A stretch of 64,000 nucleotides of DNA from Podarcis bocagei (taxonomy: Eukaryota). The position numbers and the translations under genes were made by a program. The stretch is taken from NCBI GenBank assembly GCA_964188305.1, contig OZ076885.1; one strand, 5' to 3'. The notes under the pieces were generated by a model that was not told where the DNA came from, searched no databases, and worked only from the letters and a program-made list of their open reading frames with translations. Shown here piece after piece: positions 1 through 12,025 of this stretch (positions within the stretch are counted from its first letter, which is position 1; the number at the start of each line of letters is the position of its first letter).

Positions 1-286
1 CCTTCAGTTTTTACCAGTGATGGGAATCAGACTGGATTTTTTAAATGTATGCCAGCACTGATAAAGCACCACCAGTACCCCCTTTCACCTAGAGCAGCAG
101 TCTCCTACTTTTTCAGACTTAGACACAGCTTTCATCCAAACATGTATTTGAAGACCTCCCCCATCCTCTCACATTCCCTATATATTTGTATAGTAGTAAT
201 GCTGCTGTTGGACCTGCACCCACCTTTGATCAGGCTGTGACTTGATAGTGGGTCCCAGCCGCCAGATGAAGACCAATAACCCAGCG

Positions 287-422
287 CAGACATAGGCAAA
301 CTCGGCCCTCCAGATGTTTTGGGACTACAGCTCCTATCATCCCTGACCACTGGTCCTGTTAGCTAGGGATGATGGGAGTTGTAGTCCCAAAACGTCTGGA
401 GGGTCAAGTTTGCCTATGCCTG
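287..422. mobile_element. Palindromic non-autonomous hAT-like MITE
   Basis: Long TIRs CAG(A/G)CATAGGCAAACT...AGTTTGCCTATGCCTG; 8-bp TSD acccagcg/acccagag. Confidence 0.8.
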
Positions 423-965
423 ACCCAGAGGAATAGAGCATGAAAACGAGAATTCCCTAGTTCTGCATCCTGGATTCTGTGCAAAATGAGAATGCTGGCA
501 CAGGCAGGACAGTGCGCTTCTTCCCTATGGCGTAAATAAAAGCGACATTGTCACCTTCTGGAGTCAACTCTTACCCAGGATCTAATTTCTTCTTGGCCAT
601 GAAACTTACTATGTGGCCTGTAGCAGGTCACTAATCTTACTCTGTTGGGGAGTACTTCTTAAAACACTGCTTAATTACTGAAGTTATTTTAAGATCTTGT
701 TTTCCATATGTGCCTGTATAACGCATTTTAAAATTGGGTGGAGTTTACTTGGCAAATGTGCCCACATCAAAGATGAATACAATACCTATATTAATATCAG
801 TTTTTGAAGTGCCTACTAATCAGCATACAGTTTCTATTTACATTGCTTCTTATTCTGGGGCGGAATGGCTTTTGGATTACAACATTTTTGTAGCCACTGG
901 AAACTAGGCTTAAATTCAGTTAACTTAATAAGTATATTTACACATATGTATCTAGCTGTATTAAT

Positions 966-1321
966 GGGACACGGGTGGCACTGTGGGTTAAACCACTGAG
1001 CCTTGGGCTTGCCAATCAGAAGGTCAGCGGTTCGAATCCCCGCGATGGGGTGAGCTCCCGTTGCTCGGTCCCTGCTCCTGCCAACCTAGCAGTTCGAAAG
1101 CACGTCAAAGTGCAAGTAGATAAATAGGTACCGCTCTGGTGGGAAGGTAAACGGCATTTCCATGTGCTGCTCTGGTTCGCCAGAAGTGGCTTAGTTATGC
1201 TGGCCACATGACCCGGAAGCTGTACGCCGGCTCCCTCGGCCAATAAAGCGAGATGAGCACTGCAACCCCAGAGTCGGCCATGACTGGGCCTAATGGTCAG
1301 GGGTCCCTTTACCTTTACCTT
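966..1321 (+). mobile_element. Sauria SINE (Squam1-type), full length
   Basis: tRNA-like head with B box GGTTCGAATCC; (ACCTTT)n tail; 15-bp TSD tatctagctgtatta at 949-963 and 1322-1336. Confidence 0.92.
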
Positions 1322-1639
1322 TATCTAGCTGTATTACAAATTGTAAGTGTACAGCTTTATGAGCTTTAATGCTTTTATTTTGTTAATACTTACTAATTTT
1401 CTTGTTCCTTTTTAATTTGAATAGCGTTCTGAGTACTATTTGAGAGAGTTGAGCTGAAGTTAGCATAGAACTGAGCTGCAGTAATCTTCTAGCTTTATAT
1501 TTAAGATCCAAGGTAGTCAGAACTTTGACAGAATGAGTAATTTCAATGTGTAAAGAAATAAAAGTTGTACCACTTTCATAATCAGTGAAAGGACCTGTTG
1601 GTTTGGTGAAATCAACAAGAGAGAGTGTGAGATCTGTCA

Positions 1640-1900
1640 TTTCAGTTCAGCTCTGCCTGGGAGCCCAACCACCAAAGAACTCCCCAACGTACCCACCCAA
1701 ATGGCTGCAGATGGACCTTTGGGAGCTCTTCACAATCTCTTTTAATGGTCCTGAACAGTTTAGTCTCATCAGCAAACCTCACTGCTCACTCCTAATTCTA
1801 AAATGTTTATGAACAAGTTAAGAAGCACAGGTCCCAATATCAATCCTTGGGAGACTCCACTGTATCTCAACATTTATTCCTATTCTCTTATTCCTGCTAT
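1640..1900 (-). mobile_element. Old CR1 LINE RT fragment
   Basis: Minus strand resembles the decayed CR1 RT motifs GV(S/P)QG..LGPVLLNLFIN and FADETKL. Confidence 0.6.
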
Positions 1901-3203
1901 CTTATGGGTAGCCCCCAAGCTGATAGCATTAGTGCCCACCCCAACTTTTATTCTTAGACCCCAAAGGCCAGAAAGGCTCATTCGTTCTTCTGTTTAAGGC
2001 TGCCTACTGCCCATTTTGCAAATGGTATTGACAGGAAGTGAGAAGCCTACTTACTGCTCCACTTCCTTTGGTCTCCAGTTCCAAATCTGCAGTGGGCTAT
2101 CCAGGCTGTTATTGTCTACCTTCTACCCTCAGAAGAGAATGGATAGCTAAAGAGCAAGCCAGGAAGTATCCAGGCAAGCAGGGGAGCAGTGGCAGTGGGG
2201 AGACACTGTGGTTTCAGCAGAGGGGAATCATAACTGCAGGGTGCCAGGAATCACCAGGGCCCTTCAAACATGATAATGCCACTGTCAATTCCCCTGGAAA
2301 ACTAGCTGTTTAATTAATCTAGTTTTAAAGGATTATTTCAAATCATGTTGTGGGGGAGAGTTGTCTGACACAGCTTCTTACATATGTATCATTTTGTGCA
2401 CTTAAATTGCTAAGGTTATCAGCACAGCTGCCTCATCTATTGTTGCTTCCTCAGTTTATTAATGCTTCTAATTCTTGTAATAAAGGAACTGAAATGAGAA
2501 GAGCTCAAATTCTATTTTGGAATTTTGAAAATTGCAGAAGCTCTGACTACATTATTTAAAAGTTTGTCTCTATAATTAAGATGTAATTCATCTCCTTCCA
2601 AAAATAAAACAACAAAATTATATATCATGTGAATTACTTTGATACATTTTGTACAAAACTGACTAATTAAAGGTTTTATGGTTGCTATTTTTAGAAAAGT
2701 AATATGACCGTTCTTCACACCATTATATTAAATGGAAATTTGCTCGTTTGGGAATCGTGGTAGAAATGAAATGGGGCGGGCGTCTGATGGACAAAGAAAA
2801 TTACTTGCCAACTTTTAAGCTAACACATTCCATAATATTTGTTGGTTCAAGGACTGCTTCAGATCGTGCAGTGTTCACTTCCATAGGTGATTTTTCTCAT
2901 GTTTAAAGCACTGAGCTACACTCCTTCCATATGAGAGCATATTTTCAGAAACGTGGCATTCAGCTGGTTTATGCCAGTCAGTATTGATCACTTCCCTATT
3001 ATTAAGTTGGAAATCAAAGACCCATCTAGTCCAGCATCCTGTTTCTTGCAGTGGCCAAATACCTATGGAAAGTCCGTAAACAGAAACTGAGTGCAACAGG
3101 GCTCTTTCCAATGGTTTCCTCCAGCAACTGGTATGCAGAGGCATACTGTCTCCAAGTTAAGACAGAACATTGCCATCATTGCTAGTAGTCTTTAATAGCC
3201 ATA

Positions 3204-3299
3204 CAGTGGTACCTCGGGTTACAGACACTTCAGGTTACGTGACTTCGGGTTGCACACCGCCTCCTGCACGGATCACATTCGCAACCCGAGGTTCCACTG
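3204..3299. mobile_element. Short Tc1/mariner-pogo-like MITE
   Basis: TIR CAGTGGTACCTCGGGTT / AACCCGAGGTTCCACTG, flanked by TA on both sides. Confidence 0.8.
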
Positions 3300-3369
3300 T
3301 ACTGTTGATGTTATTCTTTTTTTAAAACCACCCAAGTTAGTAGCCATCAATACCTCTTGTAGTAGCAAA

Positions 3370-3450
3370 TGTGTAATAAGGAATTCCTTTTGTCTGTCCT
3401 GAATCTTCCACCATTCAACTTAATTGGATGGCTCCAGGTTCTAGTTTTAT
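3370..3450 (-). mobile_element. CR1 LINE 3' fragment
   Basis: Minus-strand translation TRTWSHPIKLNGGRFRTDKR is typical of the CR1 ORF2 C-terminus. Confidence 0.65.
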
Positions 3451-4536
3451 GAGAAATGGAGGATTTCCAGGGGATGAACATGGCAGACTGAACGTCTTCT
3501 GTTGGCAAGTTGCCGACTGAGATAATTACATGGTGACTGATGATAGCCAGGACATAAATCTTGGCTATCAAAATTCACTCTGGAGATAAGAGTGAACAGG
3601 TTAATAACTTCTGATGCTCTGAAAAAGCCTTTTTCTACACCGGGAGACCAAGAAGCTGTCAGTACCTGGGAATCTGGGTGGGGGTGAGCAACTTAGAATG
3701 GAGGAATCAACATGTTGCCCAAAAGCCACTCAGGAGCCCTGGAGGCCATAGGGGCTGCAAGTCTGCCTTTTTTCTAAATATCTCTGAGACTGTTAAAATT
3801 TACAAATGAGAAAGATGTTTCTGTCTGCTAGTTGAAATTTACATTTGGTGTTTGAGCTACTTTATGGCTTTAAGAAGAGTTGATCATCAAAGGGCTGAAA
3901 GCAAGCGGGGGGGGGATGTTCTAACTGTTTGAACCAAGAAAGTTTTATGATAAAGTGAGTTCTGAGTGCTAAGAATTTTTAATTCTCCATTTTTCCCATG
4001 AAAGTGTTGCCTTGAAATCAAAAGTAATTTTGTTACTTCATATTTGCTTTGTGGGAAAGGAATGTGTTCTGATAAGAGATAACACTGTGAAGATCTTAAA
4101 GTGGAGACGGGAGATTGAAGATCTTAAGATTGAGACTGAATTGTTAACAGGAACATTCAGTATGGTAAATACTCTGTTGGACATTCCATGGACTGTTGGC
4201 ATCCTTTAGCAATTGTTTGATGAGCAGTTAAAAAGAGATCAGAGCTAGGATTGATGAAAGTGGACCAGAGAAGGATGAAATGGGAAGTGGAATTAAAGAG
4301 CACACAGTGATTTTGGAGAACAATATGAATATAGGATTGCCAGAACAGGAAGGTGAAATGGTTGAGTTGGAGGCAACAGATGGTAAAATGGAGAATACCT
4401 TCACACAGGTGTGTGAATGAAGGCAGTTGTGGATGCACAGCGGGGAGGGGGCCTAAAACTGCTATTCACACAGTCAGCCTGGCTCATGACTGCGTGGACC
4501 TGCCTTCACTAACAACCTAGTGCGTATTTTGGAATA

Positions 4537-5156
4537 CAGTCATGTTGTTGTTTAGTCGTGTCCGACTCTTCGTGACCCCATGGACCAGAGCACGCCAGGC
4601 ACTCCTGTCTTCCACTGCCTCCCGCAGTTTGGTCAAACTCATGCTGGTAGCTTCGAGAACACTATCCAACCATCTCATCCTCTGTGGTCCCCTTCTCCTT
4701 GTGCCCTCCATCTTTCCCAGCATCAGGGTCTTTTCCAGGGAGTCTTCTCTTCTCATGAGGTGGCCAAAGTATTGGAGCCACAGCTTCACGATCTGTCCTT
4801 CCAGTGAGCACTCAGGGCTGATTTCCTTCAGAATGGATAGGTTTGATCTTCTTGCAGTCCATGGGACTCTCAAGAGTCTCCTCCAGCACCATAATTCGAA
4901 AGCATCAATTCTTCGGCAATCAGCCTTCATACCTCGAGTTAAAGACGCTTCAGGCTGAGCGTTTTCAGGTTGCATTCTGCAGCAACCCGGAAGTAATGGA
5001 ATGGGTTACTTCCGGGTTTCGCCACATGCGCAGATGCTCAAAATGATGTCACGCGCATGCACAGAAGCAGCGAGACACGCAGACACAGGTTGCGTTCTGC
5101 TCAGGATGCGAACGGGGCTCTAGAACGGATCCCGTTCACATCCAGAGGTACCACTG
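4537..5156. mobile_element. pogo-like MITE interrupted in its left TIR by Bov-B
   Basis: TA-CAGTCAT|[Bov-B]|TCATACCTCGAGTT...GAGGTACCACTG-TA. Confidence 0.75.
4544..4926 (-). mobile_element. Bov-B/RTE LINE 3' fragment
   Basis: Minus ORF RIDAFELWCWRRLLRVPWTARRSN...LQYFGHLMRREDSLEKTLMLGK...; (CAA)n tail. Confidence 0.92.
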
Positions 5157-6444
5157 TACATGCCAGATTTATCTGTATTTTAAAAACAACAATTTCAAGT
5201 TAATGTCGGATAAATGATTCACTTCATTTGAAATGTTAGAGAAAAGTAGCAATCTCCCCCACCCTGCCATCAATATACTTCAGTCATGTTGGCTTAACAG
5301 TAATTCTGTAAATCCTTGGTGAATCCTTTTGCAAATGTTTGTCATTACGCTGATACATACCATAAGTTGAAGCCCGTACTAGAAGGTGTTCTACTGAGAT
5401 GAAGCTTACACCCAGCTTATGCAAATGTATATCATTTTTCTTTTCAGCAAATAGTGTGTATAATAGCTAGACTAGCATATAATAATAATATGAAAGGTTT
5501 CAAAGGACTTTGATTTCATAGCAGATTTGGGATTAGTAATGATTTGCAGCATTAACTGGTGTAAACCTGCATGGCTGCCTTGCATTCAGGACAGATACTC
5601 CAGTTTACATCAACTGTGAAGGTGCCCTGGAGTGTTTGCTTGGCATCTGCTAAAATGTGGTAAATGAAGAATGACAAATTGCAGTTGTTAATAGTAATTT
5701 CATGAAACTCCATTTGAAAGTTATCTCTCAATGTCTGTTACTGATGACCGTTTATCAAGCTGAACGAGTTGCAGAAATCTAATTTATTTTCCCCTTCAAT
5801 TTAAATGTAAATATTTAGGGAATCTTGTAGTTGCTCATCCTTTAAGAAAATATATAGAGTCTCAGTTTGAGTGAAATATTAAAAAAAGAAGCACAGTCGA
5901 CTGTGCAACTTCGGAAGCTGTATTAGAAGCAGATGTTTTAAGCTGTACATAAAAGTCAATGGACACTACTGTGATAACCTTGTGCACTATATATCACAGG
6001 TACAGGAAACCTTCATGTTTTTACTTGAAACCACTGCAGAGATGGGTATTGAACCCACGGGTACCCATAATATCTAAAGGTGTCAAGCAATGCTGTGCAA
6101 GGGAACCAGAAGGAACACTGTTCTTCACCATATGCACAAGAGCAAATGCTTTTTGTGCAGCCCTTTCCACTGCTGGGCAGATTCTGCATTGGACTGGACC
6201 TGAAAAGTCTGTTGGTCAACCATAGCCAAGTGCCTAAAAGCATGTACCCCACCCTCCATAGCTGCAAACGGTGAAAATTGTGCTATTTAGAAAAAGCAAC
6301 TGGGGTCAGGTCCCTCCTAGAATCATGGGACAGGACTGTCCCAGGTCAAACAGGTCCCCATTCTGCACAGAAATCACAATGGACTCCTGGATGCTTATGG
6401 CTTATGTGTGGCCTAATTCATTCATAGTCCTAGTGCACAGTTTA

Positions 6445-6798
6445 CAGTGGTGCCTCGCAAGACGAAATGAATTCGTTCCGCGAGTTTTTTCGTCTAGTGA
6501 ATTTTTCGTCTTGCGAAGCACAGTGTCGGAAAAGTTTTGGAAAAGCTTCAAAAATCACCAAAAACCTCAAAAAAGGCTACCACACCGCGTTCTATGAGTT
6601 GCTCCTCGAAGTCAAGTCACAACTGTATTAACGGTGTTAAGAAAAAGGAAACAAACTTGCAAATAACGCAAGACGTTTTTGTCTTGCGAAGCAAGCCCAT
6701 AGGGAAATTCGTCTTGTGAAGCAGCTCAAAAACCGCAAAACCCTTTCGTCTAGCGAGTTTTTCGTCTTGCGAGGCATTCGTCTTGCGGGGCACCACTG
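6445..6798. mobile_element. pogo-like MITE (CAGTGGTGCC TIR family)
   Basis: TA-flanked TIRs; repeated subterminal TTTTCGTCTTGCG motifs; sister copy at 61177-61535. Confidence 0.8.
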
Positions 6799-7682
6799 TA
6801 TATGGATAGTATGGAAGGGTAGGTGATGCTTCTGCAGAAAGTAAAATGATATACAGTAAGCCAGTAACCTATGTGCACGGCAGTTAAACAAAATGGAAAG
6901 GGGGCAAAGTTCTGGAAAAAATGACTTTGGCAGTCTCACCACCATTGAACCCAGTATGTTATGACTATACACAATTTTGGCTTTAGGCATGATCCCCCAC
7001 GTACGTTGCAGGCTTACTTGGTTGCAGAGATGGCTCATCTGTGGTCCTCCAGAAATTGCTAAACTCCCAAGTGCTATCTTCCTTGACTATTGACCATGCT
7101 GCCTTGGGCTGATGGGAATTGTAGTTCAACATCTGGAGGTTGCCATGTTGTCTACCACTGACCAAAAGGATAGAGCCCATGTGTGGGAACCTTTTATCCT
7201 CTTGATGCTGCTGAACTACAACTCCCATCATCCGTGGGATGCTCACTGGAGCTGATGGGAGTTCTAGCTTAGCAAAATCTTAAATGTGAGATAGATAATT
7301 TAGTCACCCATGCTATATGGACTTTATATAAGAGCTGCCACCCACTTAAACAAATCTCAGTGAATTTATTGTGCGCGTTTTGATTCATCAAATTTGCATA
7401 TACACAAACCATAATGCTGAAGAAAAAGCATACTTTTTGTTTTTAGAGATTCGTGTGTTACAGCAGGAAGAAGCAATCCCTCTTGACTGAGAGAGAAGAG
7501 CAGAAATCTGTTCAAAATAGCAATATTTCTAAGTATTTCTATTTAAAACAACTTCAAAGGGGGCAGTTGCTGATCAGATGGAATCGCATTTTAATCAAGG
7601 AATCAGATAAATATTGCAGCTTTCATTTAAAAAGCAAATAAACCATTTTAAAATGTGCCTTTTCTTTTTGTTTCCTCCGTAG

Positions 7683-7783
7683 GAGAATGTGCATCCAAGG
7701 AATTTGATCCCAGAGCTCTGCCGCCAGTTTTATCACTTAGGATGGGTTACAGGGACTGGTGGTGGAATCAGCATGAAGCACGG
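7683..7783 (+). CDS. APIP: APIP coding exon 2 (101 nt)
   Basis: Polypyrimidine tract plus TAG acceptor; encodes [34 protein letters not shown]; GTGAGT donor at 7784. Confidence 0.96.
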
Positions 7784-9136
7784 GTGAGTGTTTAGTGGTT
7801 GTTGTTTTAAACTAATACCCACTTAGGCACAGATAAGTGGAGTGAAAGTGAAAGATAAAACATGATAGATGTTGAAAAGAAGTAGCCAATTGGAACTTCA
7901 TTAGAGTGGCCTTATACCATTGTCAAAGAAGGCTACTTACGTGCAATACAGCAGCTTAAGAACTTTATGGGCCGCGGATAAGAAAGCTGTCATTCTTGTA
8001 TATCTTAAGCAAGTAAGTCCTCAGACTCTCTGAGCAGAATATAAATAATTTCTTCCAGCTGACAGCAGAACATAAAGTGAATGATTTTGTGCAGGTGCAG
8101 TGCTCTAAATAGATTTTCTAAAGAAACATGTACATGAAATGTTTGGCTTATTTCCGAGTTGCTCTGGATATTTGCATTTGTGGATACCTAGCTCCACTTA
8201 GTGGTGGGGAAAGGAAAAACTTGCAATCTGTTGGCATAAAGATATATGTGTGCCTGGATAAAGACATATTAGTTACACTGTGAAGGGTTTTGCCACATGG
8301 GCTGCCAATTTCTAGCCTTGGGGTCACATGTGGATTCAAGCAGGTGGATCTTGAGCTGTTCCAAAAAAGAGTTTTCCAATGATAATTGCCATTTCCCTCT
8401 TCCTGTATAGCCAGTATTGGACAAGCAGAAGGCCTGTTGTAGTGAAAACCATAAAGTAACAGGTCTCAAAACAAAAGCACATGACACAGAAATAAATCCC
8501 ATTGATTTTTTTTTACATAATAATAAAGTATAACTTCACCACTTAATAAAGGCTAAATTATTCTTAAGGCCAGGATAGCATTCCCATAAACAGAGTGTAA
8601 TATCAGTTTCAAATGCTGACATCTTAAAATTATCCTTGCTTAAATTTATTGCAAATGGTGTAAAAGCCTTAGGGAAGAGATTGGTATGCAGGGCAATCCC
8701 AAAAGGATCCAGGGAGGTGCAGAGTGGCATATCCTTTGACTCACCTGAAACCCTGCTGGTTCCTGTCCACCATGGCAAAAGGTAGAGGAAATGCTGTTTG
8801 TGTGTATGTGTTTGGTTTTTTTGCTTGCCATATGCACAGCTGTCCTGCTCAACTCCACACCCCATTTTGGGGCCATACTGTGGCTACACTGAAATTCCCA
8901 ACGTAGAGCACAGCCGAGGGACTCTGCCACCTAATCCTAACTCCCACCAGCACTTCTGATCAGGGGGTAACAATTGCAGCCTTAATCTTTCATCTAAACT
9001 GAAAATGGCTCCTGTGTCACAAATGTTAGTCTGTGACTTGAGGCTGCTGCCTTATATACTCACTGTATATATTTCAAAAAGCACTGTGTTTTCATTGCTG
9101 ACAATTCTATGCAAGATACCATGTTGATTCTTAGTA

Positions 9137-9347
9137 CAGTGGTACCTTGGGTTACAGACACTTCAGGTTACAGACTTCACTAACCCAGAAATAGTACCTA
9201 GGGTTAAGAACTTTGCTTCAGGATGAGAAATCCCACGGTGGCGGCGCAGCGGCAGCGGGAGGCCCCACTAGCTATAGTAGTACCTCAGGTTAAGAACAGC
9301 TTCAGGACCTCCAGAACGAATTAAGTTCTTAACCCGAGGCACCACTG
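9137..9347. mobile_element. pogo-like MITE
   Basis: CAGTGGTACC...CACCACTG, TA-flanked; same family as 43987-44212 and 63580-63821. Confidence 0.8.
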
Positions 9348-9349
9348 TA

Positions 9350-9557
9350 CAGTAGCACCCCGAGTTACGTTACCCTTGGGAAACGTAAACTTCAGGTTGT
9401 GAAAGTGGCAAACCCGGGAGTGTTTCACCATGTGCGCATGTGCAGAAGTGGTCTACCGCTGCGCACATGTGTATAACTGTGATCCTCAGGTTGCGAAAAC
9501 CTCGGGATCCGGCCGGACCTCCGGAACGGATCCCGTTCGCAACTGGAGGTACCACTG
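9350..9557. mobile_element. pogo-like MITE directly abutting the previous one
   Basis: CAGTAGCACCC...GGTACCACTG-TA; internal sequence resembles 4931-5156. Confidence 0.75.
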
Positions 9558-10408
9558 TATTCCCAACAGATATATAGTGTTCTTTTTAGTTTGACTGCAA
9601 ATCCTTGCCAGTTGAGTGATCAAATGGAATCTTCTTCATAAATGTGCACCCACCCACCTTCCTTTAACATTCAATGAATAATGGTACCTATGTCTTCAAA
9701 TATCAGCTGTACATAACCTGGCCAATTAACCACTAGATGTCTCTGTTCTGCAAAATTCCAAGTAAGAGCTCCAGAGCTCCGTATTACTCCAATATTCTTA
9801 AAAGCAACGGTTCTTCGTGCAGACGTTGCCTCACTTTCTCTTTTGCCCACAAACAGATTTGTGCAATAGTTTTTAAAAACATATATATTTATTTGAAATC
9901 ATTTTCAATCCCGCTCCTCCTCCCTAAATAGTGGCATACGCTAAACACAGTAAAATATTAACAACTAGTAAGAAAGAACAAAGCATACAGCTTATGTTTC
10001 ACCCTTTAGTCCTAAACCCCTTTATTTGTGTATCAAGTCCCCTTGGCTTCAGAAGGATTTTCTTCTACTTCAGCTTCCTTAGAATTGCAGCTTCTGTTAA
10101 CCTACAGCAGTATAGATGTTTATTCCCCTGCAAATCAAAAGGGATTTCTTTGTCTCATAACGTGCACTGCATAATCACAGCTATGAGGAGCTTTAAGGGC
10201 AACGGCAAGCAATAACACCTCTAAGCTATAATAATGTCGGGTGTTCTAGGGCTAGCTAAGCCTGTGGCAGTAGCTTAAGCACTGCTGTCAGATGCAGATC
10301 ATGTTGTGATGAGAGGAATTGCTGCGTGTTCTCTTGTTGATAAATGAAGCCATATGCTTCATGCTACTTTGTGCCTACAGCTAAACGTCTCTTGATTTCC
10401 CCCTCTAG

Positions 10409-10457
10409 CAATGAGATATATATTGCTCCCTCTGGTGTCCAAAAAGAAAGAATTCAG
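10409..10457 (+). CDS. APIP: APIP coding exon 3 (49 nt)
   Basis: ttccccctctag acceptor; encodes NEIYIAPSGVQKERIQ; GTAGGT donor. Confidence 0.96.
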
Positions 10458-10919
10458 GTAGGTACAGCTAGCATTTCTTCCTCCGATAATCTTCCTTGAA
10501 AACTAATCTGAAGATTTATCCCATCCATGCTTACTCAGAAGGAAGTCTGGCTGAGTTACACCCTGGTAAATATGTATAGGATTGCAGCCACAGACAGATT
10601 TAAACACACATTTATTAGTAGGAAGAAAGTCCAAAAGCTTCATTTTCTAATTGGCTCTGGCCTAAACAGGCTAATTTTGGAACAGCCTTGAATGGTGGCA
10701 TTAAGGTAACCTGGGCTAAAGAAAAAACTAAGGCAGCAGCCTGGATGAATGGGCCAGATTGCAGTGTTCCTTGTCTGCAGGAGAGAGGCGATACTTTGCT
10801 TGGATCTTCTCACTCTGGGAAGCCCTTCTGCCTGTATGGAAGGGTTGTAATTCCTATTGGACAGCCAAAATGAGTATTGGAGAGAAACTTATTGAAGCCA
10901 CATAACTAAGACATGCATG

Positions 10920-11394
10920 CAGGGTGGATAAAAAGCAATGATTTTAAAATAATAATTAAAAAAACCAGGGTTTTTAAAATTTAAATCAGTGTTTTTTATT
11001 TAAATCAGTTTTTTTATTTAAATCAGATTTTTAAAAATTTAAATTGGATTTTTAAAATAAAATCCTTTTGGAGGAAAAATCTTTCTAAAGATAGTTTTCT
11101 ATGAAATTATGATTCAAAGGCTATTCATCAACAAATAAGTATTAGTTTTGTTTTTCATGTGTGCTAAAACTTTATCTATAAGTTGTTTCTTTAAAAAAAC
11201 CCACGTTTAGCCACATCAGTTAACAAACATGGATACATATGCTATAATGTTATTGTTTTAGTTAAATAAATTATTTTGATTGTTATTAAGAAAATGATTA
11301 TTTTTCTCTTTCCAATAAAAATACAGCAGAAAAGTTGTCCAAATATAAACAGTTAACTTATTAAACCTCACAATAATTTCATAATTATTTGTTT
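10920..11394. mobile_element. Left part of an hAT-like DNA transposon
   Basis: Starts CAGGGTGGATAAAAA, followed by repeated ATTTAAATC(A/G)G subterminal motifs; no matching right end found. Confidence 0.55.
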
Positions 11395-12025
11395 ACCGTA
11401 TTTTTCGCCCTATAGGACGCACTTTTTCCCCTCCAAAAAGGAAGGGGAAATGTGTGTGCGTCCTATGGGGCGAATGCAGGCTTTCCCGGGCTTCCTGCAG
11501 CTCTGCGCCACCCTCTGGATCCCGGCGCAAAGCCGCGCGGGGCTCCGGAGGGTGGCGCAGAGCTGCCTGCGCTCCAGGGCTTCCTGCAGCTCTGCGCCAC
11601 CCTCCGGATTCCGGCGCAAAGCCGCGCGGGGCTCCGGAGGGTGGCACAGAGCTGCCTGCGCTCCAGGGCTTCCTGCAGCTCTGCGCCACCTTCCCGATCC
11701 CGGCGCAAAGCCGCGCGGGGCTCCGGAGGGTGGCGCGGAGCTGCCTGGGCTCCAGGGCTTCTTGCAGCTCTGCGCCACCCTCCCGATCCCAGCGCGAAGC
11801 CACACGGAGCTCCGGAGGGTGGCGCGGAGCTGCCTGCGCTCCAGGGCTTCCTGCAGCTCTGCGCCACACCCCCCCCCCGATCCCGGCACGAAGCCGCGCG
11901 GGGCTCCGGAGGGTGGCGCGGAGTTGCCTGCGCTCCAGGGCTTCCTGCAGCTCCGCGCCACCCTCCGGAGCCCTGCGCGGCTTCGCGCCGGGATCCGGAG
12001 GGTGGCACAGAGCTGCAGGAAGCCC
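11395..12025. mobile_element. pogo/Tigger-like element left end carrying a GC-rich array
   Basis: TA-CCGTATTTTTCGCCCTATAGGACGCAC terminus; related end in opposite orientation near 49960-50030. Confidence 0.65.
11488..12025. repeat. 89-bp GC/CpG-rich tandem repeat, 6 units, last one inverted
   Basis: CTTC(C/T)TGCAG recurs at 11491, 11580, 11669, 11758, 11847 and 11941; each unit is internally palindromic. Confidence 0.95.

Noticed and set aside
966-1050. tRNA genes (also at 27135 and 38843)
   Set aside because: These are SINE heads continuing into SINE bodies and tails; no clean cloverleaf.
4517-4975. Bov-B-derived ORFs as host genes (also at 16261 and 56025)
   Set aside because: Truncated RTE ORF 3' ends and their antisense frames.
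10306-10408. Intronic C/D snoRNA (GTGATGA box C)
   Set aside because: No box D CTGA or terminal stem before exon 3.
11488-12025. CRISPR-like array
   Set aside because: Units are wholly repeated with no unique spacers, there are no cas genes, and the context is vertebrate.
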